NCBI GenBank assembly: GCA_050734155.1
Contig: JBOHUD010000064.1
Span: 138,181 to 202,180, forward strand
Source: Candidatus Dormibacteria bacterium
GTDB taxonomy: Bacteria > Chloroflexota > Dormibacteria > Aeolococcales > Aeolococcaceae
Length of the DNA: 64,000 bases
Reading direction: 5' to 3'
A program made the translations under genes and the position numbers. Below are positions 1 through 13,264 of the stretch, piece after piece. The notes under the pieces are model-generated. The model was not told the origin of the DNA and did no database searches. It worked only from the letters and a program-made list of their open reading frames with translations. The first letter of the stretch is position 1, and each line of letters begins with the position of its first letter.

Positions 1-507
1 TGTAGGGCCCGAAGTAGCGCGCTCCGTCGCGCGCGATCCGGCGCGTGTAGTAGGGCCTGGGGAACTCCGTGGCCAGCACGCCGCGCTCGCCGCGCGGGGC
101 GCGGACCTGCTCACGGGCTGTGCCCGGAGCCAGGGACGGCCCCGCTCCCGGCCGGGGAATCTTCAGGTAGAGATAGCTCTTGTCGTCCTTGAGGCGCACG
201 TTGTAGCGGGGCCGGTACTGCTTGATCAGGCTGTTCTCGAGGATCAGCGCCTCGCGCTCGTTGAGGCAGGGGATCACCTCGAAGTCGAAGATGCGGTCGA
301 CCAGGGTGCGGGTGCGTGGCGGCAGCGAGTCCACGCCGCTGAAGTAGGAACGCAGGCGGCTGCGCAGGCTGGCCGCCTTGCCGACATAGGCAACCCGACC
401 CTCGAGGTCGCGCATCACGTACACACCCGCCCCGGTCGGCGCCGCGCGCAGGCGGGCGCGGAGCAGGTCCGGGTTGTCGGAGAGCCGGGCGCGCCGCGAC
501 GCCGTCT
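1..507 (-). CDS. uvrC: Excinuclease ABC subunit C (UvrC), N-terminal GIY-YIG part; gene continues beyond window start
   Basis: Manual minus-strand translation of 1..507 gives VTTQTASRRARLSDNPDLLRARLRAAPTGAGVYVMRDLEGRVAYVGKAASLRSRLRSYF...SLIKQYRPRYNVRLKDDKSYLYLKI...RYFGPY, the UvrC GIY-YIG signature. Likely GTG start at 507..505. Not in supplied ORF track. Confidence 0.8.
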
Positions 508-553
508 GTGTGGTCACCTCTCCACTGTAGGGCGCTGTCCGCTCCGTCCCATC

Positions 554-4800
<4,247 letters not shown>

Positions 4801-4804
<4 letters not shown>

Positions 4805-5691
4805 GGGGATGTGGCGGTGGTGACCGCGCCCGACGGCTGCGGAGGTGGAATGACCACAGCATTGTAGGAGTCGGGGCGGCGATCCTCGAGCAGGTGGTTG
4901 CGCGGGGTTCGCCGCCTTGTCGCGGCCACGCTCTCGAGGTCGACGTCGGCGACGAGCAGCGTCTCCTCCTCGGGGCCGGCGGGACCCTGGAGCGGCCAGC
5001 CGTCGGGGCCGACGATGAGCGAGCAGCCCAGGAACCGCACCTCGCGCTCCACCCCGACGCGGTCGGCGCAGGCCATCACCACGCCGCTCTGCGCCGCGCT
5101 CGCCATGGCCACGATGTCCCCTGTGCAGTAGCCGGCCTGGTCGTAGACCTGGCGCCGGAAGGAGGCGACCCAGTTGGTGGGCACCGCGATCACCTCGGCT
5201 CCGGCGAGGGCCAGGGCACGCACCGCCTCGGGGAACCAGAGGTCGAAGCAGATGACCATGCCCACCTTGCCGAAGGGCAGCTCCACCACCGGCAGCTCGC
5301 CGCCCGGCTCGAACCACGACTTCTCATCGTTGAAGAGGTGGAGCTTGCGGTAGGTGGCGAGGTGGCCCCGGGGACCGATCAGCACCGCGCTGTTGTGGCG
5401 CACCGCGCCGTCGCGTTCGTTGATACCGACCGCGCAGTGCATGCCCGATCCCGCGCACACCTCGGTGAGCGCACGCACGATGTCGCCGTGCGCGGGGTCC
5501 TGCGCGCTGGCCGCGGCCTCCGCCTCGGAGGCGAAGACGTAGCCGCTCGACGCCAGCTCGGGCAGCACCAGCAGGTCGACCCGCTCCGCGGCAGCGCGGC
5601 GCGCCCAGCCCACCGCCGCGGACTGGTTGCCGGCCACGTCGCCGACCCGGGGGGCGTACTGCGCCACCGCGATCCTCACCATCCGGCTCAT
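4801..5691 (-). CDS. Carbon-nitrogen hydrolase (nitrilase superfamily) protein
   Basis: 296 aa. MVRIAVAQYAP..., glutamate in LVLPELASSGY, catalytic Cys context MVICFDLWFPE, typical CN-hydrolase fold order. Confidence 0.8.
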
Positions 5692-5692
5692 C

Positions 5693-6853
5693 TCACACTC
5701 CGCTCACGTTGACGGGGACGCGAGGCACCCGCGCCGACACCGCGCAGAGCACCTCATAGGAGATTGTGCCGATCCGGGCGGCGACGGCGGCGGCGTCGAC
5801 TCGGTGGCCGCCCTCCTCCCCGATCAGGGTGACGGCGTCGCCGGCGTGCACCTCGCCGGCGTCGCTGACGTCGACCGCCAGCTGGTCCATGCTGATGCGT
5901 CCGATCATCGGGCAGACCGCGCCGCCGGCGATCACCACCCCGCGGTTGCCGTTGCGCCGGTCGACGCCGTCGGCGTAGCCCGCCGCGATCGTCGCCACCC
6001 GGGTGCGACGGGGCGCGATCCACTCCCTCCCGTAGCCGACGCTGTCGCCGGGGCCGACCTCCTTGACCAGGCTGACCAGCGCGCGCACGCGCAGGGCGGG
6101 ACGGACCTCGACGACTCCCTCGCAGCAGCTCGGGGGGTACCCGTAGAGGGCGATGCCCGGCCTGACCATGTCGTGGTGGGTGCCGGGCAGGCGCAGGGCC
6201 GCGGCGCTGTTGGCGCAGTGCACCAGCGCGCCGCCGAAGTCCTCGCGCAGCGCTGACAGCGCGGCCACGAAGCGCTCGTGCTGCGCGAGCGTGAACTCGG
6301 TCGAGGCGTCGTCGGCGGAGGCGAAGTGGGTGCACAGGCCGGCCACCTCGACGTCGCCGCGGGCGGCAAGCAGCGCGTCGCGCATCGCGGCTGTCTCCTC
6401 GGGACGGCTGCCCAGGCGTCCCATGCCGGTGTCGAGCTTCCAGTGCACCCGCAGCGGCCTGCCCTCCCGGCGAGACGCCTGGCGCGCGGCCCCCACCTGA
6501 GCCGGCGCGAACACCGCGACGTCGACGCCGTGCACCGTCGCCGCCGCCATCTCCGACGGCATCGTCCAGCCGGTGTTGAGGATCCGAGCCGTGACCCCGG
6601 CGCGGCGCAGCTCCACCGCCTCGGTGACCGACGACACCCCCAGCCAGGTCGCGCCTCCCGCGAGCGCGGCGGTGGCCGCATGGAGCGCGCCGTGGCCGTA
6701 GCCGTTGGCCTTGACCATGGCCATGACCGCGCACCCTTCGCCGGCGAGGCGGCAAAGCGCCGCCGCGTTGTCGCGCAGCGCCGCCATGTCCACCTCTGCC
6801 CACTTGGTCCCCGCCGCCGCGGCGGGGGTGTCGCCACCGGCGTCCAGGCTCAT
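5693..6853 (-). CDS. alr: Alanine racemase
   Basis: 386 aa. PLP-lysine motif AMVKANGYGHG, full N-terminal barrel and C-terminal domain characteristic of Alr. Confidence 0.9.
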   Translation of the reverse strand: MSLDAGGDTPAAAAGTKWAEVDMAALRDNAAALCRLAGEGCAVMAMVKANGYGHGALHAATAALAGGATWLGVSSVTEAVELRRAGVTARILNTGWTMPSEMAAATVHGVDVAVFAPAQVGAARQASRREGRPLRVHWKLDTGMGRLGSRPEETAAMRDALLAARGDVEVAGLCTHFASADDASTEFTLAQHERFVAALSALREDFGGALVHCANSAAALRLPGTHHDMVRPGIALYGYPPSCCEGVVEVRPALRVRALVSLVKEVGPGDSVGYGREWIAPRRTRVATIAAGYADGVDRRNGNRGVVIAGGAVCPMIGRISMDQLAVDVSDAGEVHAGDAVTLIGEEGGHRVDAAAVAARIGTISYEVLCAVSARVPRVPVNVSGV

Positions 6854-6865
6854 CGCCGCCCTGAC

Positions 6866-7570
6866 CTACGGCGCAGGGCGCGGGCGCAGCAGCACGATCG
6901 GGGTCTGCTCCTCGCCCTGCCCGAGCGGATTGTCGAGCACCGCCAGGCGCACATCCGCCGCCGGGACGGGAACCCCGCGGCTGGCGCCGAGCACCTCGAC
7001 GTTGATGTTGTTGGCGTCGACGATCACGACCGGCCAGCCGGTGGCGTCCTCGATCGCCTGGGCGTCGCGGGGCGGGTCCTCGGGGCCCAGCATGGCGAAC
7101 TCGTTGAAGGGCCGGACGGTGTGCGGGTTGAATCCGTCGATCTCGGAGACGCGGTGGCCCGCCAGCCGATAGAAGTCTCCGTGCCGTCCCAGCAGCCGGG
7201 TGACCCCGCCGACCGACATGGCCATGGCCATGCGCGCCCAGCCCGCGCGCATGATCGCCACCTGCATCTTGGCGGGATCCGAGAAGCCGACGTCATCCTC
7301 GAGCTTGGTCACCCCCCTGACCAGCAGCCGGGCGAGCAGCCCCGGTCGCACCAGCGAGCGATGAATGACGCGGCCCTGGGTGATGGCCACGAACTTCTCG
7401 GAGAGGACGAGGAAGTCGCCGGGTTGGAAGTGCGGCGCGACGTAGGTCCGCAGCACCTCGACGAGCGGCTCCTTGACGTGGACCAGGTGGGTGCGCACCG
7501 CGGCGCGCTCGTAGGTGCGACCGCCCACCATCCTCGCCTCCTGCCATGCCACCGGCGCGTTCGCGGTCAT
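6866..7570 (-). CDS. CofE-like protein (F420-0:gamma-glutamyl ligase superfamily, PF01996-like), divergent
   Basis: Real start MTANAPVAW at 7570 (ATG), overlapping the asnB stop as ATGA. Motifs GDFLVLSEKFVAITQGR (cf. CofE DVLVVxSTxISKAEGR) and VVIVDANNINVE (cf. VIITDTNGR). The ORF-track ORF is extended upstream artefactually. Confidence 0.55.
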   Translation of the reverse strand: MTANAPVAWQEARMVGGRTYERAAVRTHLVHVKEPLVEVLRTYVAPHFQPGDFLVLSEKFVAITQGRVIHRSLVRPGLLARLLVRGVTKLEDDVGFSDPAKMQVAIMRAGWARMAMAMSVGGVTRLLGRHGDFYRLAGHRVSEIDGFNPHTVRPFNEFAMLGPEDPPRDAQAIEDATGWPVVIVDANNINVEVLGASRGVPVPAADVRLAVLDNPLGQGEEQTPIVLLRPRPAP

Positions 7571-9402
7571 GCGGCCAGCGCGACCGGCCGGTCCATGTAG
7601 CGCTGCATCCACAGCTCGGTGACCATGGTGCGCCAGAAGATCAGGGGGTCCCCCGGCGCCCCGGCCAGCCAGGCGTCGAAGTCCCTGACCAGGCGATCGT
7701 TGTCGTAGATGCCGCGGCCGCGGCACGCCGGCGAGTCGAAGATGGCTCGCATCTCGGGGGCCCGGCCCCGGATCCAGGTGACCTCGGGATTGGTGAAGCC
7801 GATCTTGCTCCGGCGCAGCCGGTTCTTCTCGGGAATGCGTCCCCGCATGGCGCGGCGGTACACGGCCCGGTTCCAGCCGCCATCGATCTTCTGGTCGATG
7901 GGCAGCCGGAAGATGAACTCCACCAGCTCGTGGTCCAGGAAGGGCACGCGAGCCTCGATGGAGAACGCCATCGAGTTCTTGTCCTCATAGCGCAGCAGGT
8001 TGGGCGTCGAGTAGGCGAGCACGTCGTTGGCCAGGCGGGCGTTGAGGTTGCGATCGGGGGTGAAGCTGACCGAGTCGAGGCTCCCGTCCTGGTCGGCCAG
8101 GAATGGCCGCATGCTCAGCAGGCCGCCCTGGCGCGGCAGTCGCGAGCGCATGGCCTCGGCGAAGAAGCCGCGATACAGGTCGAGACCTCTGAGCAGCTCG
8201 CGCGCCCCCGCCAACCAGTGGCGCTGGTCGCGGGCAGAGCTCAGGTAGGCCCTGAAGTAGGGTATGTACCCGGCCAGGAGTTCGTCGCCGCCGTTGCCCG
8301 AGAGCATCACCTTGACGTGCTCGTGGGCGACGCGGTACACGCAGTAGTACGCGTAGGGCGCGGAGGCGATCGTCGGCTCCTCCTGGAACCAGACCCAATC
8401 GGTCATCTCTGTCCAGAACTCGTCGAGGTCGGGGTATGCATAGTGAGGGACACTGTTGGTGCGGGTCTCGACCTCATGGATGTACTCGCTCTCGTCGATG
8501 CTCTGGCCGGGGAAGAGTGCCGAGAAGGTGTGCAGCCTGCCCTCGGTGTGCAGGTCGGCTCCGCGCTGCATGAGGTCGGCCATGGTGCACACCACCCCGC
8601 TGGAGTCGAGCCCTCCCGAGAGCGGCACCCCCACCGGCGCGTCGGAGAGCAGGTGCCGGGCCACCACCTTCTCGAACAGGGCGGCGAACTCGGCCGCGTG
8701 GTCGGCGTCACTGCGCCCGCTCGAGAACTCCAGGTTGATCTCTGGATTCCAGTAGCGCTCGATGCTGCTGATGCCGTCGGGACCGATCGTCATGGTGTGG
8801 GCGGGGCGGAGGCGCTTGATGCCGGCGAAGAAGGTGTCCTCAGTGGCGTCGTGGACCCGGAAGAGGAGGAACCGCTGCAGCACCGCCAGGTCCTCGCGGC
8901 GCGGGACGGCCGGGTCCTGCAGGATCGCCTTGATCTCCGAGGCGAAGATGACCCGGCTGCCCAGCTGCGCGTAGTAGAGAGGCTTGATGCCCAGCCGATC
9001 GCGGGCCAGGAACAGCTCGCCTCTGGTGGAGTCCCAGAGCGCAAACGCGAACATGCCGGTGAGGTGGGTGACCACACCATGCCCCCACTCCTCGTAGCCG
9101 CGAAGGATAACCTCGGTATCGGAGTGGTCGGTGGCGAACCGATGCCCCCTGGCCTCCAGCTCGACCTTCAACTCGGGGGCGTTGTAGATCTCGCCATTGC
9201 AGATCAGGGAGAGCCGGTGGTCGTCGGTGCGCAGCGGCTGGTTGCCGCCGTCGATGTCGACGATGGCGAGCCGCCGCACGCCCATGGAGACGCGCTCGTT
9301 GACCTCGACGCCGAATCCGTCGGGTCCGCGATGGACAATGGAGTCGAGCATCCGAGTGAGCAGCTCCCGATCGACACCGGTGAAGCCGGCGATGCCGCAC
9401 AT
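7567..9402 (-). CDS. asnB: Asparagine synthetase (glutamine-hydrolysing), AsnB family
   Basis: 611 aa. N-terminal class-II glutamine amidotransferase Cys2 (MCGIAGF), PP-loop synthetase domain (SGGLDSS). Confidence 0.88.
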   Translation of the reverse strand: MCGIAGFTGVDRELLTRMLDSIVHRGPDGFGVEVNERVSMGVRRLAIVDIDGGNQPLRTDDHRLSLICNGEIYNAPELKVELEARGHRFATDHSDTEVILRGYEEWGHGVVTHLTGMFAFALWDSTRGELFLARDRLGIKPLYYAQLGSRVIFASEIKAILQDPAVPRREDLAVLQRFLLFRVHDATEDTFFAGIKRLRPAHTMTIGPDGISSIERYWNPEINLEFSSGRSDADHAAEFAALFEKVVARHLLSDAPVGVPLSGGLDSSGVVCTMADLMQRGADLHTEGRLHTFSALFPGQSIDESEYIHEVETRTNSVPHYAYPDLDEFWTEMTDWVWFQEEPTIASAPYAYYCVYRVAHEHVKVMLSGNGGDELLAGYIPYFRAYLSSARDQRHWLAGARELLRGLDLYRGFFAEAMRSRLPRQGGLLSMRPFLADQDGSLDSVSFTPDRNLNARLANDVLAYSTPNLLRYEDKNSMAFSIEARVPFLDHELVEFIFRLPIDQKIDGGWNRAVYRRAMRGRIPEKNRLRRSKIGFTNPEVTWIRGRAPEMRAIFDSPACRGRGIYDNDRLVRDFDAWLAGAPGDPLIFWRTMVTELWMQRYMDRPVALAA

Positions 9403-9460
9403 GCGCTGGTCAGTCTAGGCGGGGCAGACGGGCTCGCGGCCCACCGGCGGCGCCGCCCGA

Positions 9461-11179
9461 CTAGAAGTCGAGGTCGTCGTCCATCCCCATGCCACCCATG
9501 CCACCCATGCCACCCATGCCGCCCATGCCACCCATGCCGCCGCCCATGCCACCCATGCCGCCGCCGTGGGCGTGGCCGTGGCCGGCAGCAGCCTCATCGT
9601 CCTCGGGCTCGGGGGCGTCGGCGATGAGCGCCTCGGTGGTGAGCATCATGGCGGCGATCGAGGCCGCGTGGGAGAGCGCGCTGACCACCACCTTGGTGGG
9701 ATCGATGACGCCGCGCTGGACGAGGTTGGCGTAGTCGCCGGTGCGCGCGTCGAAACCCTCGTCACCGCTCGCCTGGGCCACGCGATTGGCCACGGTGGGG
9801 CCGTCGTGGCCGCCGTTCTGGGCGATGATCCGCAGCGGCTCCTGGAGTGCTCTGCGCACGATCCGCGCCCCGGTGGCGGCGTCGTCGTGGAGCTCGAGGT
9901 CGTCGATGGAGTCCACGGCGCGCAGGAGCGCGACCCCGCCCCCGGCCACGTAGCCGTCCTCGAGCGCGGCCCGGACGGCGGCGAGGGCGTCCTCGACGCG
10001 GGACTTGCGCTCCTTCATCTCCACCTCGGTGGCGGCGCCGACCTTGACCACGGCGATGCCGCCGACCAGCCGCGCCAGCCGCTCCTGGAGCTTCTCGCGA
10101 TCCCATTCCGACTCGGTCTCCTCGATCTCGCGGCGGAGATCCTCGGCGCGCGCGTCGACGGCGCCGCGGTCGCCACCGCCCCTGAGGATGGTTGTGTCCT
10201 CTTTGGTGATCACGATCCGCTCGGCGCTGCCCAGCTGGTCGAGACGCACCCCATCGAGGCGCAGCCCAACCTTCTCGCTGATCAGCGTGGCACCGGTCAG
10301 CACCGCGATGTCGGCAAGGATGGCGGTGCGCCGATCGCCGAATGCGGGCGCCTTGACCGCGACCGCGGTGAAGGAGCCGCGGAGGCGGTTGACGACCAGG
10401 GTTGCCAGCGCCTCCGCCTGCACATCCTCGGCGACGATGAGCAGCGGCCGGCTCGAGCGCACCACCAGCTCGAGGGCGGGAAGCAGGTCGGCGACGGCGG
10501 TGATCTTGGCATCGGTGACCAGAACCGCCGCCTTCTCCAGGATCGCCTCCATCGTCTTCTGGTCGGTCACCAGGTAGGGCGACACGTAGCCGCGATCGAA
10601 CTGCATGCCCTCGACGACCTCGACCTCGGTCTCGATGCCGTTGCCCTCCTCGACGGTCACCACGCCCTCGCGTCCGACGCGCTCGAAGGCCTCGGCGATC
10701 ATGGTCCCGATGACCTCGTCACCCGAGCTGATGGTGGCGACGCGCTCCAGGTCCTCATTGCCGTCGACGGGGTGCGACCGGCTGCGCACCGCGGCCACCA
10801 CCGCCTCGGTGGCGGCGAGCATGCCGCGGCGCAGCTCGTTCGGGGACGCCCCGGCGGCGAGGTTGCGCAGCCCCTCGTTGATGAGCGCGCGGCCGAGGAC
10901 CGCGGCGGTGGTGGTGCCATCGCCGGCGATGTCGTTGGTCTTGACAGCGATCTCCTTGAGAAGCTGCGCACCCATGTTCTCGAAGTGGTCCTTGAACTCC
11001 AGGTCGCGGGCGATGGTGACGCCGTCGTTGCTGATCAGCGGAGACCCGAAGCGCTTGTCGATGACCACGTTGCGCCCTCTCGGGCCGAGCGTCACCGACA
11101 CCGCGTCGGCGACAGAGTCGACGCCGCGATGGAGCGCCTGGCGCGCCTCATTGCTGAAACGAAGTTGCTTGGCAGTCAT
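9461..11179 (-). CDS. groEL: Chaperonin GroEL (Cpn60) with C-terminal GGM repeat tail
   Basis: 572 aa. AAVLGRALINEGL, GDGTTTA, and C-terminus ...GGGMGGMGGGMGGMGGMGGMGGMGGMGMDDDLDF. Confidence 0.97.
   Translation of the reverse strand: MTAKQLRFSNEARQALHRGVDSVADAVSVTLGPRGRNVVIDKRFGSPLISNDGVTIARDLEFKDHFENMGAQLLKEIAVKTNDIAGDGTTTAAVLGRALINEGLRNLAAGASPNELRRGMLAATEAVVAAVRSRSHPVDGNEDLERVATISSGDEVIGTMIAEAFERVGREGVVTVEEGNGIETEVEVVEGMQFDRGYVSPYLVTDQKTMEAILEKAAVLVTDAKITAVADLLPALELVVRSSRPLLIVAEDVQAEALATLVVNRLRGSFTAVAVKAPAFGDRRTAILADIAVLTGATLISEKVGLRLDGVRLDQLGSAERIVITKEDTTILRGGGDRGAVDARAEDLRREIEETESEWDREKLQERLARLVGGIAVVKVGAATEVEMKERKSRVEDALAAVRAALEDGYVAGGGVALLRAVDSIDDLELHDDAATGARIVRRALQEPLRIIAQNGGHDGPTVANRVAQASGDEGFDARTGDYANLVQRGVIDPTKVVVSALSHAASIAAMMLTTEALIADAPEPEDDEAAAGHGHAHGGGMGGMGGGMGGMGGMGGMGGMGGMGMDDDLDF
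9484..9565. repeat. 9-bp tandem coding repeat (catgccacc-like) encoding the GroEL GGM tail
   Basis: Direct reading: ccatgccacccatgccacccatgccacccatgccgcccatgcc...; lies inside the groEL 3' end, not a CRISPR. Confidence 0.9.
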
Positions 11180-11252
11180 GCGGGTTCAGGGGCCTCCGGT
11201 GCAACGACGGACAGGGCTGCTGGCGCCGCCGGCGGCGACGAGTCCTGGGGGA

Positions 11253-11564
11253 TCAGTTGGAGCCGTTGCTGCCGACCACGGCGAGGATGTCCTTCTCACT
11301 GAGGATCAGGTACTCGACCTCGTCGATCTTGACCTCGCTGCCGGCGTACTTGGCGTACATCACTCGATCGCCAACCTTGACGTCGAGCTCGACTCGCTTG
11401 CCGGACTGCTCGTTGTAGCGACCGCTGCCGACCGCCTCGATGGTGCCCTCCTGGGGCTTCTCCTTGGCGGTGTCGGGGAGGACGATGCCGCTCTTGGTCA
11501 TCTCCTCACGCTCCAGGGGCTTGATGACGACGCGATCTGCCAGGGGGCGGAGCTTCAGGGCCAC
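11253..11564 (-). CDS. groES: Co-chaperonin GroES (Cpn10)
   Basis: 103 aa. [49 protein letters not shown]... Confidence 0.97.
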   Translation of the reverse strand: MALKLRPLADRVVIKPLEREEMTKSGIVLPDTAKEKPQEGTIEAVGSGRYNEQSGKRVELDVKVGDRVMYAKYAGSEVKIDEVEYLILSEKDILAVVGSNGSN

Positions 11565-11592
11565 AGGGACCTCCCTTGTCGGTGAGATTTGG

Positions 11593-11619
11593 TTAGCACT
11601 CTCATCTTGAGACTGCTAA
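11593..11619. promoter_or_regulatory. CIRCE inverted repeat (HrcA operator) upstream of groES
   Basis: TTAGCACTC-tcatcttga-GACTGCTAA matches consensus TTAGCACTC-N9-GAGTGCTAA with one mismatch; lies 29-55 nt upstream of the groES start. Confidence 0.85.
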
Positions 11620-11670
11620 CACTGTACCCCAGCGAGTGCCAGCCTGGCAACTCCGCCGGCCCCGCCCGGC

Positions 11671-12510
11671 TCAGGCGCCGACCGCCTTGAGGAAGAGGTC
11701 GGTGCCGTAGCCGGCGAGGAAGCCGCAGAGCAGGCCGAGCATGCCCATGTGGTGGCTGCCGATCTTGCGGTTGACGTGCTGCAGCTCGCCGATCACGTAG
11801 ACGATGGCCCCGGCGGCGAGCCCGAGGAAGAGCACCGACACCGCCTGGCTGGCCAGCGAGGCGCCCACCGCGCGGGTGACGCCGTAGCCGATCAGCGTTC
11901 CCAGGAAGGTGGGCCCGCCGCCCACCACGCCGAGCAGCCCCAGGAACCTCCAGCTGGGCCGCCGGCCGAGCAGCGGCCCGCTGATGCCGAAACCCTCGGT
12001 GATGTTGTGCAGACCGAAACCGATCACCAGCACCAGGAAGAAGCGGTAGGCCCCCGCCGAGGCGGATTGGCCGATGGCGAGGCCCTCCGAGAAGTTGTGC
12101 AGCCCGATCCCGACAGCGATCAGGAGTGCGGTGCGCAGCGGCGCCGGCAGCGGCACTCGTGCCGGGGCCGTCGCCGCGCCGGCGGCCATGGCCCCCGGAC
12201 CGGCGGGCAGCGGGCGGCGCCGGGAGACGCGTTCGAAGCCCACCAGGACGAAGAGGCCAGTCGCCAGCCCGGCGGCGAGGATGAGGCCGAGCCCGGCGCC
12301 CTGTCCCGCCGACCCGCTCAGCCGGCTCTCCACCGCCTCGCTGGCGTTGCGGATGACGTCATAGAAGATGAAGAGGAGGATGCCCACGGACGCCGAGGTG
12401 AGCAGCGACATGACGCGCTGCCCGGGACGCCGCCAGCGGCAGATGGGCAGGCCGAGCAGGATGGTCAGGCCGGCGACCGCTCCCAGGGCGGCGGTCGCTG
12501 CGAAGCTCAT
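11671..12510 (-). CDS. ZIP-family divalent metal cation transporter (ZupT-like)
   Basis: 279 aa, multi-TM. Paired metal-binding motifs LHNFSEGLAIG and LHNITEGFGI typical of ZIP/ZupT. Confidence 0.85.
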   Translation of the reverse strand: MSFAATAALGAVAGLTILLGLPICRWRRPGQRVMSLLTSASVGILLFIFYDVIRNASEAVESRLSGSAGQGAGLGLILAAGLATGLFVLVGFERVSRRRPLPAGPGAMAAGAATAPARVPLPAPLRTALLIAVGIGLHNFSEGLAIGQSASAGAYRFFLVLVIGFGLHNITEGFGISGPLLGRRPSWRFLGLLGVVGGGPTFLGTLIGYGVTRAVGASLASQAVSVLFLGLAAGAIVYVIGELQHVNRKIGSHHMGMLGLLCGFLAGYGTDLFLKAVGA

Positions 12511-12514
12511 GGGC

Positions 12515-12533
12515 TTAGATTAGCCTAACCTAA
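12515..12533. promoter_or_regulatory. DtxR/IdeR-type 19-bp operator (iron box) immediately upstream of the ZIP transporter gene
   Basis: TTAGATTAGCCTAACCTAA vs consensus TTAGGTTAGCCTAACCTAA (18/19). Sits in the 33-nt gap between the regulator stop and the transporter start. Confidence 0.75.
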
Positions 12534-12543
12534 CCCACCCCGA

Positions 12544-13236
12544 TCAGTCCGGAGCCGATTCCACCCAGACGGCGGCCGCCACACCCTCGCTGAGCACCAC
12601 CGGATGCCCCTCGACGACGAGTCGGAGCTGGCCCTCACCCCGGTCGACGACGAGCAGAGACGCCTCCGGCACCACCCCGCCATCGTGGAGCACCGCGAGC
12701 AGGTGGGGAGCGTCGTGCTCGGCCACCTCCGAGATCCGGAAGACTCGCGACCCCACCCCGGTGGGCAGCTCGACCAGGCGCTGCATGGGGCGCCCGGCGG
12801 GCGCGCGCCGCCCCGGGATGACGTTGCCGTGCGGACAGGTGGACGGCCGCCCCAGGTGCTCGTCGAGCCGTTCCAGGACCACGTCGGACACGCCGTGCGA
12901 GAGGGCGGCCGCCTCGCGGTCGGCGGTCGCCCAGTCGAGCCCGAGGACGTCGGTCAGCCAGCGTTCGATGAGCCGGTGGCGGCGCACCACGGCGGCGGCG
13001 GCCACCCGCCCGGCGTCGGACAGGTGGACGCTGCGATCCTCGGCCACGGTCACCCAGCCGTCGCGGGCCAGGCGCTGCAGGCTGACCGTCACCGTGGGGG
13101 CGCTCACCCCCAGCCACTCGGCGATCCGTCCCGGGCGGGGCACGTCGCCCTCGTGCTCGATGTAGTAGATGGTCTCCAGGTAGCGGTCGGCCACCTCGGA
13201 CCGGGCGCCGGTCACAGCGGTCTGGCTCATCGCCAC
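12544..13236 (-). CDS. DtxR/IdeR/MntR-family metal-dependent transcriptional regulator with C-terminal SH3-like/FeoA domain
   Basis: 230 aa. N-terminal wHTH (YLETIYYIEHEG..RIAEWLGVSAPTVTVSLQRL), metal-site residues, dimerisation helix, SH3-like C-terminal domain. Confidence 0.88.
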   Translation of the reverse strand: MAMSQTAVTGARSEVADRYLETIYYIEHEGDVPRPGRIAEWLGVSAPTVTVSLQRLARDGWVTVAEDRSVHLSDAGRVAAAAVVRRHRLIERWLTDVLGLDWATADREAAALSHGVSDVVLERLDEHLGRPSTCPHGNVIPGRRAPAGRPMQRLVELPTGVGSRVFRISEVAEHDAPHLLAVLHDGGVVPEASLLVVDRGEGQLRLVVEGHPVVLSEGVAAAVWVESAPD

Positions 13237-13264
13237 GATGGTAGCCGCGCTCGGCTCCGGCCCC

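Noticed and set aside
9484-9565. Short tandem repeats that could be mistaken for a CRISPR or minisatellite
   Set aside because: The 9-bp periodicity lies inside groEL and encodes the conserved GGM C-terminal tail. There are no spacers or cas genes.
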